From: Gemmatimonas sp.
GTDB lineage: Bacteria > Gemmatimonadota > Gemmatimonadetes > Gemmatimonadales > Gemmatimonadaceae
DNA: 64,000 nucleotides
NCBI GenBank assembly: GCA_965279375.1
Contig: OZ257156.1
Location: forward strand, 1,184,001-1,248,000
Reading direction: 5' to 3'
The stretch's first letter is position 1; every line of letters begins with the position of its first letter. This document shows, in pieces, positions 1 to 10,345 of this stretch. Below the pieces are notes generated by a model, which was not told the DNA's origin, searched no databases, and worked only from the letters and a program-made list of their open reading frames with translations. Both the position numbers and the translations under genes were made by a program.

Positions 1-1339
1 GAAAGCTCGAGCGCACTGGTGCCGGCTGGGACGACAGCGCGAGGGTGACGATGCGATCGCCGAGCGGCATGTCGCGCTGATAGTTCGCTACGCCAGCGGT
101 ACGCGGCGGTCCGGCCAACTGCGAATCGCCGACGAACGCACGAATCACAAAGCCGCTGCTATTGTCGGGAAGAAACTCGTTGAGCAGGGCGTGCTCGGAC
201 ACGAAGCCGACGAGCAAAGCCGGACCATTTGGCGTGGCATCGACCGCCTTGAGCGCCACCACACCAAAGGCGCCGATCGCGCGCGCATCGACCAGCGAAT
301 CGCGCAGCACCTTCCCCCGCGAGGTATGCACCCGACGCGTCTCGGTGCGCGCCCAGGTACGCAGCTGCGCCAACACTTCTGGCGCGAGTGCGGTATCGCT
401 GGTGGTGCGCAGCAGCGCGCCCGTGGAGTCGAACCAGTCGATCCGCTCGAGGCCGACGGTTTCGTCGGTCAAGCGCATGATCGAAGTGCGCCACAACGGA
501 AAGCCGGTGGACGCCGACTGCGCATACAATGCCACGCGACCAAGCGCGCGGTCGATCACCAGCAGCTGTCGCTGCATCGCGCGCTTGACGGCGTCTGCAG
601 CGATTGCAGCCCGAGCGTTGGTTTCGGCCACCTCGCGCGCCAGCAGCGTTTGCCAGAACACCAGCATCAGCAACGTGCCCGCCGCGCCAACGGCCACCGG
701 CATCCAACGCGGTGGTGCGACGCCCACCGCCTCGTGCGCTGCAACCGCGCGCAGCAGTGCCGCACTCAGTAGCGTCATGCCGATCAGCACATCGAGCGAG
801 ACGTCGGCCAGCCGACGCGCCATCGACGTCTCGAGCAAGTCGGCCAGCGCGGTCAGCGCCAGCACGGCACACAACGCCAGAATTGCTGCGCCGGTGGAGC
901 CGGCCGTGATCAACACGCGCGGCGTAATGCGTGGAACGGCGAGGGTCCACACCGCCGCACCATACCCAACGAACATCACGCCAAGTGTGACCGACAACCC
1001 CAGCGCACTCATGCTCGGCTCGTGCGCGCGCAGGCCGATCGACGCACCGACGACGCCGCCGACGATCGTCAGCATGGCCGCAGCGCGCGCCGGCACGAAT
1101 GCCCCCCGCCACAGCTGCACCACGGCAAACGCCGCGCAGAAGACGAACGCTACGCTCAACGGCGTCGCGGTCGCGAAACCTCCCGAGCGCAAGCCGGATG
1201 GTGTCTGGCGCGCCCACAGCACGAGCTGCGGCAGACAGGCCGCGACGGCCAGCAGCGCGAGCACGGGTACCACGCGGCCACCGCGGTGCGCGATACCGTT
1301 GCGCGCTTCCAGCCTTTCTGGGAGTACGGCGCTGCTCAC
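1..1339 (-). CDS. Multi-TM membrane sensor protein, 5' part only (runs off the left edge); possibly a histidine kinase or other signalling protein
   Basis: My translation: GTG at 1339 after an AGGAG RBS, open to base 1; about 6 hydrophobic helices then a soluble segment. Not in the ORF track; output domain is outside the window. Confidence 0.6.
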   Translation of the reverse strand, partial: MSSAVLPERLEARNGIAHRGGRVVPVLALLAVAACLPQLVLWARQTPSGLRSGGFATATPLSVAFVFCAAFAVVQLWRGAFVPARAAAMLTIVGGVVGASIGLRAHEPSMSALGLSVTLGVMFVGYGAAVWTLAVPRITPRVLITAGSTGAAILALCAVLALTALADLLETSMARRLADVSLDVLIGMTLLSAALLRAVAAHEAVGVAPPRWMPVAVGAAGTLLMLVFWQTLLAREVAETNARAAIAADAVKRAMQRQLLVIDRALGRVALYAQSASTGFPLWRTSIMRLTDETVGLERIDWFDSTGALLRTTSDTALAPEVLAQLRTWARTETRRVHTSRGKVLRDSLVDARAIGAFGVVALKAVDATPNGPALLVGFVSEHALLNEFLPDNSSGFVIRAFVGDSQLAGPPRTAGVANYQRDMPLGDRIVTLALSSQPAPVRSSF

Positions 1340-1399
1340 GTGCTGCTCCTTCCGTCGATCAGGTGGGCATGCCGGTCGGTGCGCAGCTGCATCCTGCGG

Positions 1400-1981
1400 T
1401 CACGTCTCGCCGAGCCGCATCCAGCGCCGCACCTGCGGCGGCTCGAATGTGTGCAGCGCGTCCAGCAATGCGTTCGGCTCGGGCTCCACCACCAGCCAAT
1501 CCGACGGCCGACCACGCAGAAATCCTTCGGCCTCCACGTGTCCCATAAACTGCACCAGCGGACGCCAGTAGCTCTCCACATCCAGCAGCGCGACCGGTTT
1601 GCGATGCACGCCGAGCTGTGCCCACGTCCATGTCTCGAACAGCTCTTCGAGCGTGCCCAATCCACCGGGCAATGCGATAAACGCGTCCGCCATCTCGGCG
1701 AGCATCGCCTTGCGCTCGTGCATGGAGTCCACGATCTGCAGCGAGGTGAGCCCATGATGCGCGACTTCGCGTTCGACGAGCGCATGTGGCATCACGCCGA
1801 TGACTTCGCCGCCCGCTGCGAGTGCGCTATCAGCAAGCGCACCCATCAGTCCGGTGCGTCCTCCGCCGTACACCACCGTGATGCCGCGTTCGGCGAGCAG
1901 CCGCCCCATGGCGCGAGCAGACTCGACATAGGCCGGACGAATCCCATCGTTCGACGCGCAGTAGACACAGATGCGTTGCAT
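1400..1981 (-). CDS. LOG family (TIGR00730) nucleotide phosphoribohydrolase
   Basis: ICVYCAS, YGGG..GLMG, MHERK and PGGLGTLEE motifs. Confidence 0.9.
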   Translation of the reverse strand: MQRICVYCASNDGIRPAYVESARAMGRLLAERGITVVYGGGRTGLMGALADSALAAGGEVIGVMPHALVEREVAHHGLTSLQIVDSMHERKAMLAEMADAFIALPGGLGTLEELFETWTWAQLGVHRKPVALLDVESYWRPLVQFMGHVEAEGFLRGRPSDWLVVEPEPNALLDALHTFEPPQVRRWMRLGET

Positions 1982-2026
1982 GAATCCAAGCTAACGCGAC
2001 CGGAGCGCGCCTGCGCGGTCAGCCGT

Positions 2027-3490
2027 TCACTCGCGTCGCGCGAGCATGTGCAGCCGACGCGCTGCGCCCCACAGCACCGGTGCCGTGAGAAGCGGACCCG
2101 CGCATGCAATGACAATGGCGAGCAACGTGCCGGCGTGCGCAGCGCGCGGGAGGTTCCACAGCACGGCCTGCGCGATCGTCAGGATTGCGTCAGCAGACAC
2201 GGCGAGCGCGAGTGCGCGCGCGAGCGGCACGGATCGCGTCTGCTGCAGTCGTCGCAGCGCGACGATGAGTCCGACATCGAACAGGACCCACGCGCCGTGC
2301 ACCCACGGCGACGGAAACCACTGCGCCGATGGTGAGAGGGCCAGCACGAGCGTCCACGGCACCAGCAACCATGCGAGCGCCCGCAGCACCGGCGCCGGTC
2401 CGCGCAACGACGTTCGCACGCCAAAGCGCAGCAGCGAGCCGCCAGCGAACGCGCGGAGTCCATCCCGCATCGCGATTGCCGCGTGCGACGTGTCCGGATA
2501 CGCGAGATACATCGGCTCCCATCGCTGCGGTCTGAGCTTGCGTTTGAACGCCGACAGTCCGACAAAGTTGAAGAGCGGTCGCGACAGCGTGCGCGCCGCG
2601 CGCAGCCAGCGATTCACATCACCCGACAGCGGTGCGAGACCGAGGGTGACGTCGCGTACGCCTTCGGTGTGCATGATGCGCATCGCGTGGTCCACCAGCA
2701 GCTCGGCGGTCCCGTTGGGCGCCTGCGGATCTCGCACGAGATGCTCGCACAGCCAACCATTGCGCGCCGGGATCGGCGCCATCGACAGCAGCGCGACGAT
2801 GTCTGCGCCGTACGTCTGCGATCCCGATCGGCGACGCTCCACCACGAACAGTCGGCGGCGTTCGGCGTGCGGCGACGGCGTGGAGAAGGGCGCCATGTCC
2901 ACGAGAAAGCGCATCTCCGCCATCGGTCGCGAGGCGTGCCAGCGGTCGATGAGCCGATCGAGCGTGGCCGCGGTGGCGGCGTCTGCTGAAAGTTCGGCGT
3001 GTTTCACCTCGCGGACGCTGAGTCCTTTCGCGCGCGCACGGCGCAGCTGTTCGCGCATCGACTTGTGCGCTCGAACGCTCGCGTCCCACTCCGCGGGATC
3101 CCAGAACGGCTGCTCACCGATCTGCACGCGACGCACCTGTGGCGCCGTGGCCAGCACGCCTTCGGTGGCGAAGAACGAGGCGCGGCGTCCCGCGGCGCGC
3201 GCGGCACCGACAAAGCGCGCGGCAACCTGGAGTCGTTCTTCGGGCGCCGCGATCGGCTCGCCCGCCGCGACCCACGCGCCGCCGGTGTCCACATACGCCA
3301 CCAGTCCGCGGTCACCGTCGGGACCGACGTCGAACCAGTGCTGCATGGCGCGCCCCAATGCCTGGAACGCCGTCCCCGTCTTCCCGAAGGCATCGACCAG
3401 ACGAAGCGCGCGGTCGGCCGACGCGAGCGGCGGTGGACCGGGAGGCTGCGAGGTGGCAGCCCCGGACTCGGCGCGCCCCGCCAGCGCCAA
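2027..3490 (-). CDS. DUF2156 / MprF C-terminal-like aminoacyltransferase domain with C-terminal TM helices
   Basis: AAGEPI, APNGTAELL, LGLAPL, FNFVGLSAFKRKLRP.W.P.YL motifs; hydrophobic C-terminus. Confidence 0.75.
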   Translation of the reverse strand: MALAGRAESGAATSQPPGPPPLASADRALRLVDAFGKTGTAFQALGRAMQHWFDVGPDGDRGLVAYVDTGGAWVAAGEPIAAPEERLQVAARFVGAARAAGRRASFFATEGVLATAPQVRRVQIGEQPFWDPAEWDASVRAHKSMREQLRRARAKGLSVREVKHAELSADAATAATLDRLIDRWHASRPMAEMRFLVDMAPFSTPSPHAERRRLFVVERRRSGSQTYGADIVALLSMAPIPARNGWLCEHLVRDPQAPNGTAELLVDHAMRIMHTEGVRDVTLGLAPLSGDVNRWLRAARTLSRPLFNFVGLSAFKRKLRPQRWEPMYLAYPDTSHAAIAMRDGLRAFAGGSLLRFGVRTSLRGPAPVLRALAWLLVPWTLVLALSPSAQWFPSPWVHGAWVLFDVGLIVALRRLQQTRSVPLARALALAVSADAILTIAQAVLWNLPRAAHAGTLLAIVIACAGPLLTAPVLWGAARRLHMLARRE

Positions 3491-3494
3491 GCGG

Positions 3495-3671
3495 CTACTC
3501 CGTCGCCGGCAGGTCGCGTTCGAAGATGATCGTCATGCGCGTTCCATCCTGCGCCAATCGACCGGGAGTCCATCCCATGCGACTGCGCTCGTTCAGCAGG
3601 TCGGTCAGCGCATCCTCGTCATCACGGACGTGGCGCGTCAGCCGAATGATCACCGCCTGATATTCCTTCAT
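3495..3671 (-). CDS. Small DUF4177-like protein (58 aa)
   Basis: My translation MKEYQAVIIRLTRHVRDDEDALTDLLNERSRMGWTPGRLAQDGTRMTIIFERDLPATE; EY...LN...GW...FER pattern; stop 4 nt before the next gene; below the ORF track size cut-off. Confidence 0.7.
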   Translation of the reverse strand: MKEYQAVIIRLTRHVRDDEDALTDLLNERSRMGWTPGRLAQDGTRMTIIFERDLPATE

Positions 3672-3759
3672 CTGGCGAAGGTAGCGTACGCCACCGGCTG
3701 CACGCTACCGTTGCTGCGAGCACGCACGTCACGACTCCACCCCAGCGCTGAGCGGCACG

Positions 3760-4407
3760 ATGGCCACCGACCACAACTTCCCCATGCTTTCCGTCGTGGA
3801 CCATCCGCTGGTGCGCCACAAGCTCTCGCTGCTGCGCGACCGGGCGACGCCCACCAAACAGTTCAAGGAGCTGGTGGACGAAATCGCGATGTTGATGGCC
3901 TACGAGGCCACGCGCGATCTGGCGCTCGATCCCACGCCGGTCCACACGCCGCTCGAACTCACCACGGGATGGACGGTGCGCGGCAAGAAGCTCACGCTGG
4001 TGCCGATTCTGCGTGCGGGACTGGGTATGGTCGAAGGCATTCTGCGCCTGATGCCGTCGGCGCGTGTGGGCCACATTGGCCTCTACCGCGATCACGACAC
4101 GCTCGAGCCGGTGGACTACTACTTCAAGGTCCCGGGCGACGCGAGCGAGCGCGACTTCCTGCTGCTAGACCCCATGCTGGCCACCGGCGGCAGTGCCGTC
4201 GCGGCGGTGCACTCACTCAAGCGCGCAGGAGCGACGCGTATTCGCTTTCTGTGTCTGGTGGCCGCGCCCGAAGGCGTGGAGCGACTCACGCGCGAACATC
4301 CGGATGTGCCGATTCTCGCGGCATGCCTGGACCGCGAACTGAATGCGCAGGGCTACATCCTGCCGGGTTTGGGCGACGCCGGCGACCGGCTGTTCGGCAC
4401 GCGATAG
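3760..4407 (+). CDS. upp: Uracil phosphoribosyltransferase
   Basis: [36 protein letters not shown]. Confidence 0.97.
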   Translation: MATDHNFPMLSVVDHPLVRHKLSLLRDRATPTKQFKELVDEIAMLMAYEATRDLALDPTPVHTPLELTTGWTVRGKKLTLVPILRAGLGMVEGILRLMPSARVGHIGLYRDHDTLEPVDYYFKVPGDASERDFLLLDPMLATGGSAVAAVHSLKRAGATRIRFLCLVAAPEGVERLTREHPDVPILAACLDRELNAQGYILPGLGDAGDRLFGTR

Positions 4408-4428
4408 CTCGCCGGACGTCCCGAGGAA

Positions 4429-4480
4429 CCGGTCACTCGCGACCCGCTTCCCGCAATCCGTCACCGCAATCCGTCACCGC
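4429..4480. repeat. Short tandem repeat between convergent genes
   Basis: CCGCAATCCGTCA at 4451-4463 and 4464-4476, preceded by degenerate 7-mers. Confidence 0.6.
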
Positions 4481-5133
4481 TATACGAACCACTCCCGCGG
4501 TGCCTTGCGCTGCTGCTGCGCCACTTCCAGCACCCACGCTTGCGCGACGGGCTCGGTCACCTCGTCGGGTACGCGATCGTACCATCCGGTCGCCTGGCGG
4601 TCGTCACCAATGCGACGCCACAGCTCGCCGATCAGATAAGTGATCACCGCGCGCTCCTCGATCGCGACACCATCGTACGCGTCGAGCGATTCGGCGAAAC
4701 GCTGGGCCGCCTTGCGACGGAAGTACCGCTCCGCTTCGGTGTCGCGCTCATCGACGCAGCACCACGCCGCGCGCAGATACAGGTCGGCCAGATAGCGCGG
4801 CTCGTTCCCCTGCCACTCCGCAACTTTGGCTGCGTGATCGTACTTGAGCGATCCGGAGGGCAGCTCGCGCTGCAACGCCGTCGCCAGCTCCGTCCACACC
4901 CGCTCGCGAATCCGGTCGCTCAGCTCCACCTCATCGGCGAAGTCGCGCTCCACGCCCGCGTAGCCGCAGTGCGTGCACATGTGCACGAAGTACGGCAACG
5001 GCTGCATGCCAGCGGCGCGCTCGTGAAAATCCGTGCGCTTGCCGCCGAAGGCGTTGGTGGCCACCACGGTCTGCGAACGAAAGTGGTTCTCGCAGACGGG
5101 GCAGGTGAGCTCGATGAGATTCAGTGTCGTCAT
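4480..5133 (-). CDS. DUF2225 family protein (Zn-finger plus helical repeats)
   Basis: CPVC...CTHCGYA; LYLRAAW; YLIGELWRRIG. Confidence 0.8.
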   Translation of the reverse strand: MTTLNLIELTCPVCENHFRSQTVVATNAFGGKRTDFHERAAGMQPLPYFVHMCTHCGYAGVERDFADEVELSDRIRERVWTELATALQRELPSGSLKYDHAAKVAEWQGNEPRYLADLYLRAAWCCVDERDTEAERYFRRKAAQRFAESLDAYDGVAIEERAVITYLIGELWRRIGDDRQATGWYDRVPDEVTEPVAQAWVLEVAQQQRKAPREWFV

Positions 5134-5335
5134 AGTCGGTTGGTGCGGGGTCGTTGATCAGTGTCGTCACCAGCACACGAGGTCTTGAACCCTCCGCGGC
5201 AGCCCACACATGACTTTTCCACGCGCCGTCACACGACTGGAACGCAATGTCTTGTTCGTCACGCGGGCGGCGGCTAGTTTCCCCCGACTTGATCGGCGAG
5301 TGTGATCGCGCCGGCTTCCCGCGTCAGGGTCGTTG

Positions 5336-6295
5336 ATGTTGATCAATCTCCTTCCAGATTTTCTCGCCGTTCTCGAGGCCGCCGATCGCGACGCGGCCTA
5401 TCGTGAGTACTTCGAGCGCCATCGTGCGCTCCTCACGGCGTACTGGGACAACTACGTCCTCGAGCCCTCGGGCCCGCACTTCGACGAAGTCATTCGCGCC
5501 ACCGTCAACGCGAATCGCGACGACCTGCTCGCCCTCCTCGCGCGTACCGACGTCGTCGCACTGGCCAACATGGCCGAACGCAAAGTGCACACGCTCCTGC
5601 AAGCCGATGTCCCGTACGACGTCGTGCTCATGGTGGGTGTCGGTGCCGCCAATGCCGGTGAACTGGTGGTCGGCGGACGCGGTGTCGCGTTCATCTGCCT
5701 CGAGCACTTCACCGGCGTCGCCAACCCGGAAACGCAGGGACTTGGCCTCGATCCCGAGCTCATTCCGCTCTGGCTCGCGCACGAACTCACACATGTCATT
5801 CGCTACACGTCGCCCACCAGCCGCAGCGACATGCGGGCGCTGATCGACGACGCGGACGGCTACTACTCCTATTGGGAGACGGGACGTCACGCCTCGCTGC
5901 GTGAACTGCTCGTCAACGAAGGGCTCGCAGTGCAGGTCTCGCGCAGCATCAGTCAGGGACATGCCGCGTGGGAATACTTCGGGTTCGCCCGCAAGCAGTA
6001 CGCGCGCATTCGTGAGCTCGAGCCCATCCTCCAGCGCGCCGCGAACGCAGACCTCGACCGCGCCGGACTCGGGCTGCGCCTGCGCTACCTCTCCGGCGGC
6101 ATGAGCGACGACGCCCGCACCCTCGATCGCGTCATCATGCCCGAACGCGCCGGCTACTTCCTCGGCGCGCGCATGGTCCAAGCCGCCATCGATAGTCGCG
6201 GTCTCGCCTGGGCCACCCGTGCCAGCGCCATCGAGCTCGCCATGGCTGCCGTCCCCGTGCCCTTCGAAGCCCCGCGCCTCACCATCGTCGGATAA
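5336..6295 (+). CDS. DUF2268-like putative Zn-dependent protease
   Basis: AHELTH, EGLA and AGYFLG motifs. Confidence 0.7.
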   Translation: MLINLLPDFLAVLEAADRDAAYREYFERHRALLTAYWDNYVLEPSGPHFDEVIRATVNANRDDLLALLARTDVVALANMAERKVHTLLQADVPYDVVLMVGVGAANAGELVVGGRGVAFICLEHFTGVANPETQGLGLDPELIPLWLAHELTHVIRYTSPTSRSDMRALIDDADGYYSYWETGRHASLRELLVNEGLAVQVSRSISQGHAAWEYFGFARKQYARIRELEPILQRAANADLDRAGLGLRLRYLSGGMSDDARTLDRVIMPERAGYFLGARMVQAAIDSRGLAWATRASAIELAMAAVPVPFEAPRLTIVG

Positions 6296-6303
6296 CACGC
6301 AGC

Positions 6304-7842
6304 GTGGATGACGCGCTGAGCCGTCGCGCCTTCAGCCAGCTCCTCGGCGCCGCTGCACTCAGCGGCGCCCTCCCCGACCTCGCGCGCGCGACTGGCGCCT
6401 CCACTGCCAGCGCCTCCACGGCCAACGCACCCATGGAACCCGCCGACGATATCTGCGCCCTCACCGCCACCGAGATGGCGGCGCGCATCCGGCGCAAACA
6501 GCTCTCCGCGCACGAAGTCATGCAGGCTCATCTCGCCCGCATCGAGCGCATCAACCCCAAGGTCAACGCCATCGTCACGCTGGTCGCCGAAGAGGCGCTG
6601 GCCAACGCGAAGAAGGCGGACGAAATGCAGGCGCGCGGTGGCCCACTCGGCCCGTTGCACGGACTCCCCGTCGCGCATAAGGATCTCGTCCCCACCGCCG
6701 GGATCCGCACGACGTATGGGTCGCCCTTCTATAAGGACAACATCCCCACCAGCGACGCACTGATCGTTCGCCGCATCCACGCCGCCGGTGCGATCACGTT
6801 GGGCAAGACCAACACGCCGGAATTCGGCGCGGGCTCCAACACCTTCAATCCGGTTTTCGGCGCGACGCGCAACGCCTTCAACCTCGCCAAGACCGTCGGT
6901 GGCAGCAGCGGTGGCGCCGCGTGCGCGCTCAACTGCCAGCTCGTCCCCATCGCCGACGGCAGCGACACCGGCGGCTCGCTGCGCAATCCCGGCGCGTGGA
7001 ACAACATCGTCGGCTTCCGTCCCTCGCCGGGACGCGTCACCGACGACGATCACAGCTGGTCGCCGCTCTCCACAGGCGGCCCGATGGCGCGCACGGTGTC
7101 CGATGTCGCGCTGTTCCTCAGCGCCATCGCCGGGCCACACGCGCCCGATCCGCTCGCCATCGACGAAGATCCCGCACGCTTCCGGCGGCCGCTCGCGCGC
7201 AACGTGAAGGGCACGCGCATCGCGTGGTTCACGGACCTGGGCGGCATTCCGTTCGAGCCCGAAATCACGCGCGTCGTCAACAGCAACATGCAGGCGTTTC
7301 GAGATCTCGGGTGCGTCGTGGAACACGCCGAGCCCGATTTCACCGGCGTGGACGACGCGTTCCCGATTCTGCGGCACCTGTCGTATCACTCGAGCTACGC
7401 CAAACTCGCCAAGGCCAATCCGTCGATGTTCAAGGAGACGGTCAAGTTCGAGATCGCCGAAGCGGAGCGAAACAGCGGCGCCGATGTAGCGCGTGCCGTG
7501 GCGCGACAGAACAAGATGTTCGGTGACGTTGCACAGTTCTTCACCACGCACGATTTCTTCGTGCTGCCCGTGACGCAGGTGGAGCCGTTCGACGTCACCA
7601 CCGAGTATCCCACGTCGATCAACGGCATCGCGATGCCGACCTACATCGACTGGATGCGCTCCTGCTGGTACGTGACGTTCATGGGGTGCCCGGCGATTTC
7701 GGTGCCGGCTGGCTTCAGTGCGAGCGGGCTGCCGGTGGGGCTGCAGATCGTCGGCAAGCCGCGCGACGATTGGGGCGTGCTGCAGATCGCGCACGCGTTC
7801 GAGCAGGCGACGAAGCACGGGCTGCGCCGGCCCAATCTCTAG
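6304..7842 (+). CDS. Amidase signature family enzyme with Tat signal
   Basis: SRRAFSQLL leader; KD...GKTNTPEF...GGSSGG...GSDTGGSLRNP. Confidence 0.92.
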   Translation: MDDALSRRAFSQLLGAAALSGALPDLARATGASTASASTANAPMEPADDICALTATEMAARIRRKQLSAHEVMQAHLARIERINPKVNAIVTLVAEEALANAKKADEMQARGGPLGPLHGLPVAHKDLVPTAGIRTTYGSPFYKDNIPTSDALIVRRIHAAGAITLGKTNTPEFGAGSNTFNPVFGATRNAFNLAKTVGGSSGGAACALNCQLVPIADGSDTGGSLRNPGAWNNIVGFRPSPGRVTDDDHSWSPLSTGGPMARTVSDVALFLSAIAGPHAPDPLAIDEDPARFRRPLARNVKGTRIAWFTDLGGIPFEPEITRVVNSNMQAFRDLGCVVEHAEPDFTGVDDAFPILRHLSYHSSYAKLAKANPSMFKETVKFEIAEAERNSGADVARAVARQNKMFGDVAQFFTTHDFFVLPVTQVEPFDVTTEYPTSINGIAMPTYIDWMRSCWYVTFMGCPAISVPAGFSASGLPVGLQIVGKPRDDWGVLQIAHAFEQATKHGLRRPNL

Positions 7843-7891
7843 CGCTCCCTCCAGCAGCACTCGCTCGAGCGCGACGTTCACTGTGTCCACG

Positions 7892-8518
7892 ATGCCCGCT
7901 GTGCGGCGCTACGACGCCGTCGTGTTCGACTTGCTCACCGCGCTACTCGATTCGTGGACGGTGTGGAACCGCGCCGCAGGATCCGAGTCGAGCGGCCTTT
8001 TGTGGCGTCGACAGTATCTCTTGCTCACGTATGGCGCGGGTGTCTATCGACCGTACGTCGACGTCGTTCGCGATGCGGAGCGATTGAGTGGAGTCGCCGC
8101 CGGAGCGACGGATCGACTGCTTGCGGCGTGGAACACCCTGGACCCATGGCCTGAGGCATCTGCTGTGCTCGAGCAGCTCGCCGCGCGCGTCCCGCTGGCG
8201 ATTGTCACCAACTGCTCGGTGTCGTTGGGACGCGAGGCGACGGCGCGAGTCGGTGGACGATTCGCTGTGGTCCTCACCGCCGAAGAAACCGGCTTCTACA
8301 AGCCCCGCCCCGAAACGTATTCCGCCGCGCTAGTGCGACTGGGCACCGCACCGGAGCGCACCCTGTTCGTAGCCGGCTCCGCCGCCGATGTACCGGGCGC
8401 CCGCGGCGTGGGCATGCCGGTCTTCTGGCACAATCGGATGCGACTCGCGCCGCTTGACGGAGCAGTCCCCGATTTCGAGTCCACCACGCTCGAGCCGCTC
8501 GTCGAGATCGTCACCTGA
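7892..8518 (+). CDS. HAD superfamily hydrolase (haloacid dehalogenase-like)
   Basis: FDLLTALLD motif I, TNC, YKPRP, D..GA; ATG at 7892 chosen. Confidence 0.8.
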   Translation: MPAVRRYDAVVFDLLTALLDSWTVWNRAAGSESSGLLWRRQYLLLTYGAGVYRPYVDVVRDAERLSGVAAGATDRLLAAWNTLDPWPEASAVLEQLAARVPLAIVTNCSVSLGREATARVGGRFAVVLTAEETGFYKPRPETYSAALVRLGTAPERTLFVAGSAADVPGARGVGMPVFWHNRMRLAPLDGAVPDFESTTLEPLVEIVT

Positions 8519-8621
8519 GCCGCCGGCGCGAACGCGCGGCGCATCGCATGTCCGGGGCGTACAATCGGTGCGTGTGATGCTGCCATGTTCGCGCGCCCCT
8601 GATCTCCCACACAAACGCCCT

Positions 8622-10307
8622 ATGCCACGACTCCCGCGTCTGCTCCGGATCACGCGCACCCAACGCCGCTGCACCCTGCGCGACGTCGCGCGGCTTGGCA
8701 CAACTCTGCTCAGCGCCACCACGCTCGTCGTCGCTCGTCCGGTTTCCGCACAACAACCGGCGCCCGCACGCACGTCCAACGTACGCACCATCGATCTCGA
8801 CGCCGCCACCATCGCCGAGATCAACGCCGCGTTCGATGCGGGCACACTCACCGCAGAGCAGCTGGTCACGCGCTATCTCGCGCGCATCGCCGCGTACGAT
8901 GCACAGGGCCCGCGCATTCACGCGGTCATGACACTCAACCCCTCCGCGCTGCAAACCGCGCGCGCCCTCGACATCGAACGTCGCACCAAGGGTCGACGCT
9001 CGCCGCTGCACGGCATCCCCATCGTGCTCAAGGACAACTTCGACACGCGCGACCTTCCCACCACGGGCGGTTCCATTCTGCTCGAAGGCTATCGCCCCAC
9101 GCGCGATGCCACGGTCGTCCAGAAGCTGCGCGATGCCGGCGCGATCATCCTCGCCAAGGTGAACTTGTCCGAGTTTGCCTCCGGAGGCACCTACAGCTCG
9201 CTCGGCGGACAGACGCTCAACCCGCACAACCTCGACTACAGCCCCTCCGGTTCTTCCGGTGGCACCGGCGCCGCCATCGCCTCGGCCTTCGCGCAATTCG
9301 GACTCGGCACCGACACCGGCGGCAGCATCCGCGGCCCTGCCACAGCCAACGGCATCGCTGCACTCAAGCCCACACACGGACTGCTCAGCCGAAGCGGCAT
9401 CATTCCACTCGCGCTCTCGTTCGATACCGGTGGACCCATGGCACGCTCCGTCACCGACATCGCCATTGCGTTGGGCGTGATGACGGGGCTCGACAGCGCT
9501 GATGCCGCCACGCAGAAGAGCAACGGTCACGTGGAGCATGACTACACACGCTACCTGCAGCCCAACGCGCTCGCCGGCGCGCGCATCGGCATCGCACGCG
9601 ACTTCACCGGTTTCGATACGGATGTTGACTGGATCGTCGAAGCATCGCTCGACGCGATGCGCAAAGCCGGCGCCACCATCATCGACGTGCGCTTCCCCAA
9701 GTGGATGCTCGACGCGAAAGGCGGCTGGTATCTCGCCATGCGCAATCCGGAGTTCCCCGCGCAGATCGCCGACTATCTGCGCAACACACCGGCGCAGTAT
9801 CCCAAGACGCTCGCGCAGATGATCGAGCGCACGCGCACCTTGCCGTCACTGGGCACCAACGGCAGCGGACCCAACACGTCGCGCTGGACACGATTCGTCG
9901 GAGAACTCGCCAGCGGCACCACCAGCGACTACCGGTACGTTTCTGTGCGCGATCACGCACTCCCGATGATGCGCGACATCGTCAACGGTATGCTCGCCGC
10001 CGACAGACTCGACGCCATCGTCTATCCCACGGCGTCGATCAAGCCTCAGCGCATCGATGGCCTGACGACCAGCAGCACCGCCGGCCCCGATGCCACCAAC
10101 ATCGCCAACCTCACCGGCTTCCCCGATCTCATCGTGCCCGCAGGCTTCACCGATGGTCGGCTGCCGGTCGGCCTCTCCTTCCTAGGCGCCGCCTGGAGCG
10201 AGCCTCGCCTGCTCGCACTCGGCTACAGCTTCGAGCAACGCGTCAACGCACGTCGCCGCCCGGTACACACGCCGGCGCTCGCGTCGGAATCGATCGTGCT
10301 GAAGTAG
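8622..10307 (+). CDS. Secreted amidase signature family enzyme
   Basis: LKDNFDT, SGSSGG, GTDTGGSIRGP; N-terminal signal-like segment; start uncertain. Confidence 0.9.
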   Translation: MPRLPRLLRITRTQRRCTLRDVARLGTTLLSATTLVVARPVSAQQPAPARTSNVRTIDLDAATIAEINAAFDAGTLTAEQLVTRYLARIAAYDAQGPRIHAVMTLNPSALQTARALDIERRTKGRRSPLHGIPIVLKDNFDTRDLPTTGGSILLEGYRPTRDATVVQKLRDAGAIILAKVNLSEFASGGTYSSLGGQTLNPHNLDYSPSGSSGGTGAAIASAFAQFGLGTDTGGSIRGPATANGIAALKPTHGLLSRSGIIPLALSFDTGGPMARSVTDIAIALGVMTGLDSADAATQKSNGHVEHDYTRYLQPNALAGARIGIARDFTGFDTDVDWIVEASLDAMRKAGATIIDVRFPKWMLDAKGGWYLAMRNPEFPAQIADYLRNTPAQYPKTLAQMIERTRTLPSLGTNGSGPNTSRWTRFVGELASGTTSDYRYVSVRDHALPMMRDIVNGMLAADRLDAIVYPTASIKPQRIDGLTTSSTAGPDATNIANLTGFPDLIVPAGFTDGRLPVGLSFLGAAWSEPRLLALGYSFEQRVNARRRPVHTPALASESIVLK

Positions 10308-10345
10308 CGCAGGCCAACGCGCGCACGTCAGCGCGTGCGACGCAA

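Noticed and set aside
159..4643. Long ORF-track entries 159..1217, 162..1571, 1022..2335 and 2046..4643
   Set aside because: Antisense or off-frame shadows of real genes in high-GC DNA; Arg/Ala/Ser-rich with no motifs.
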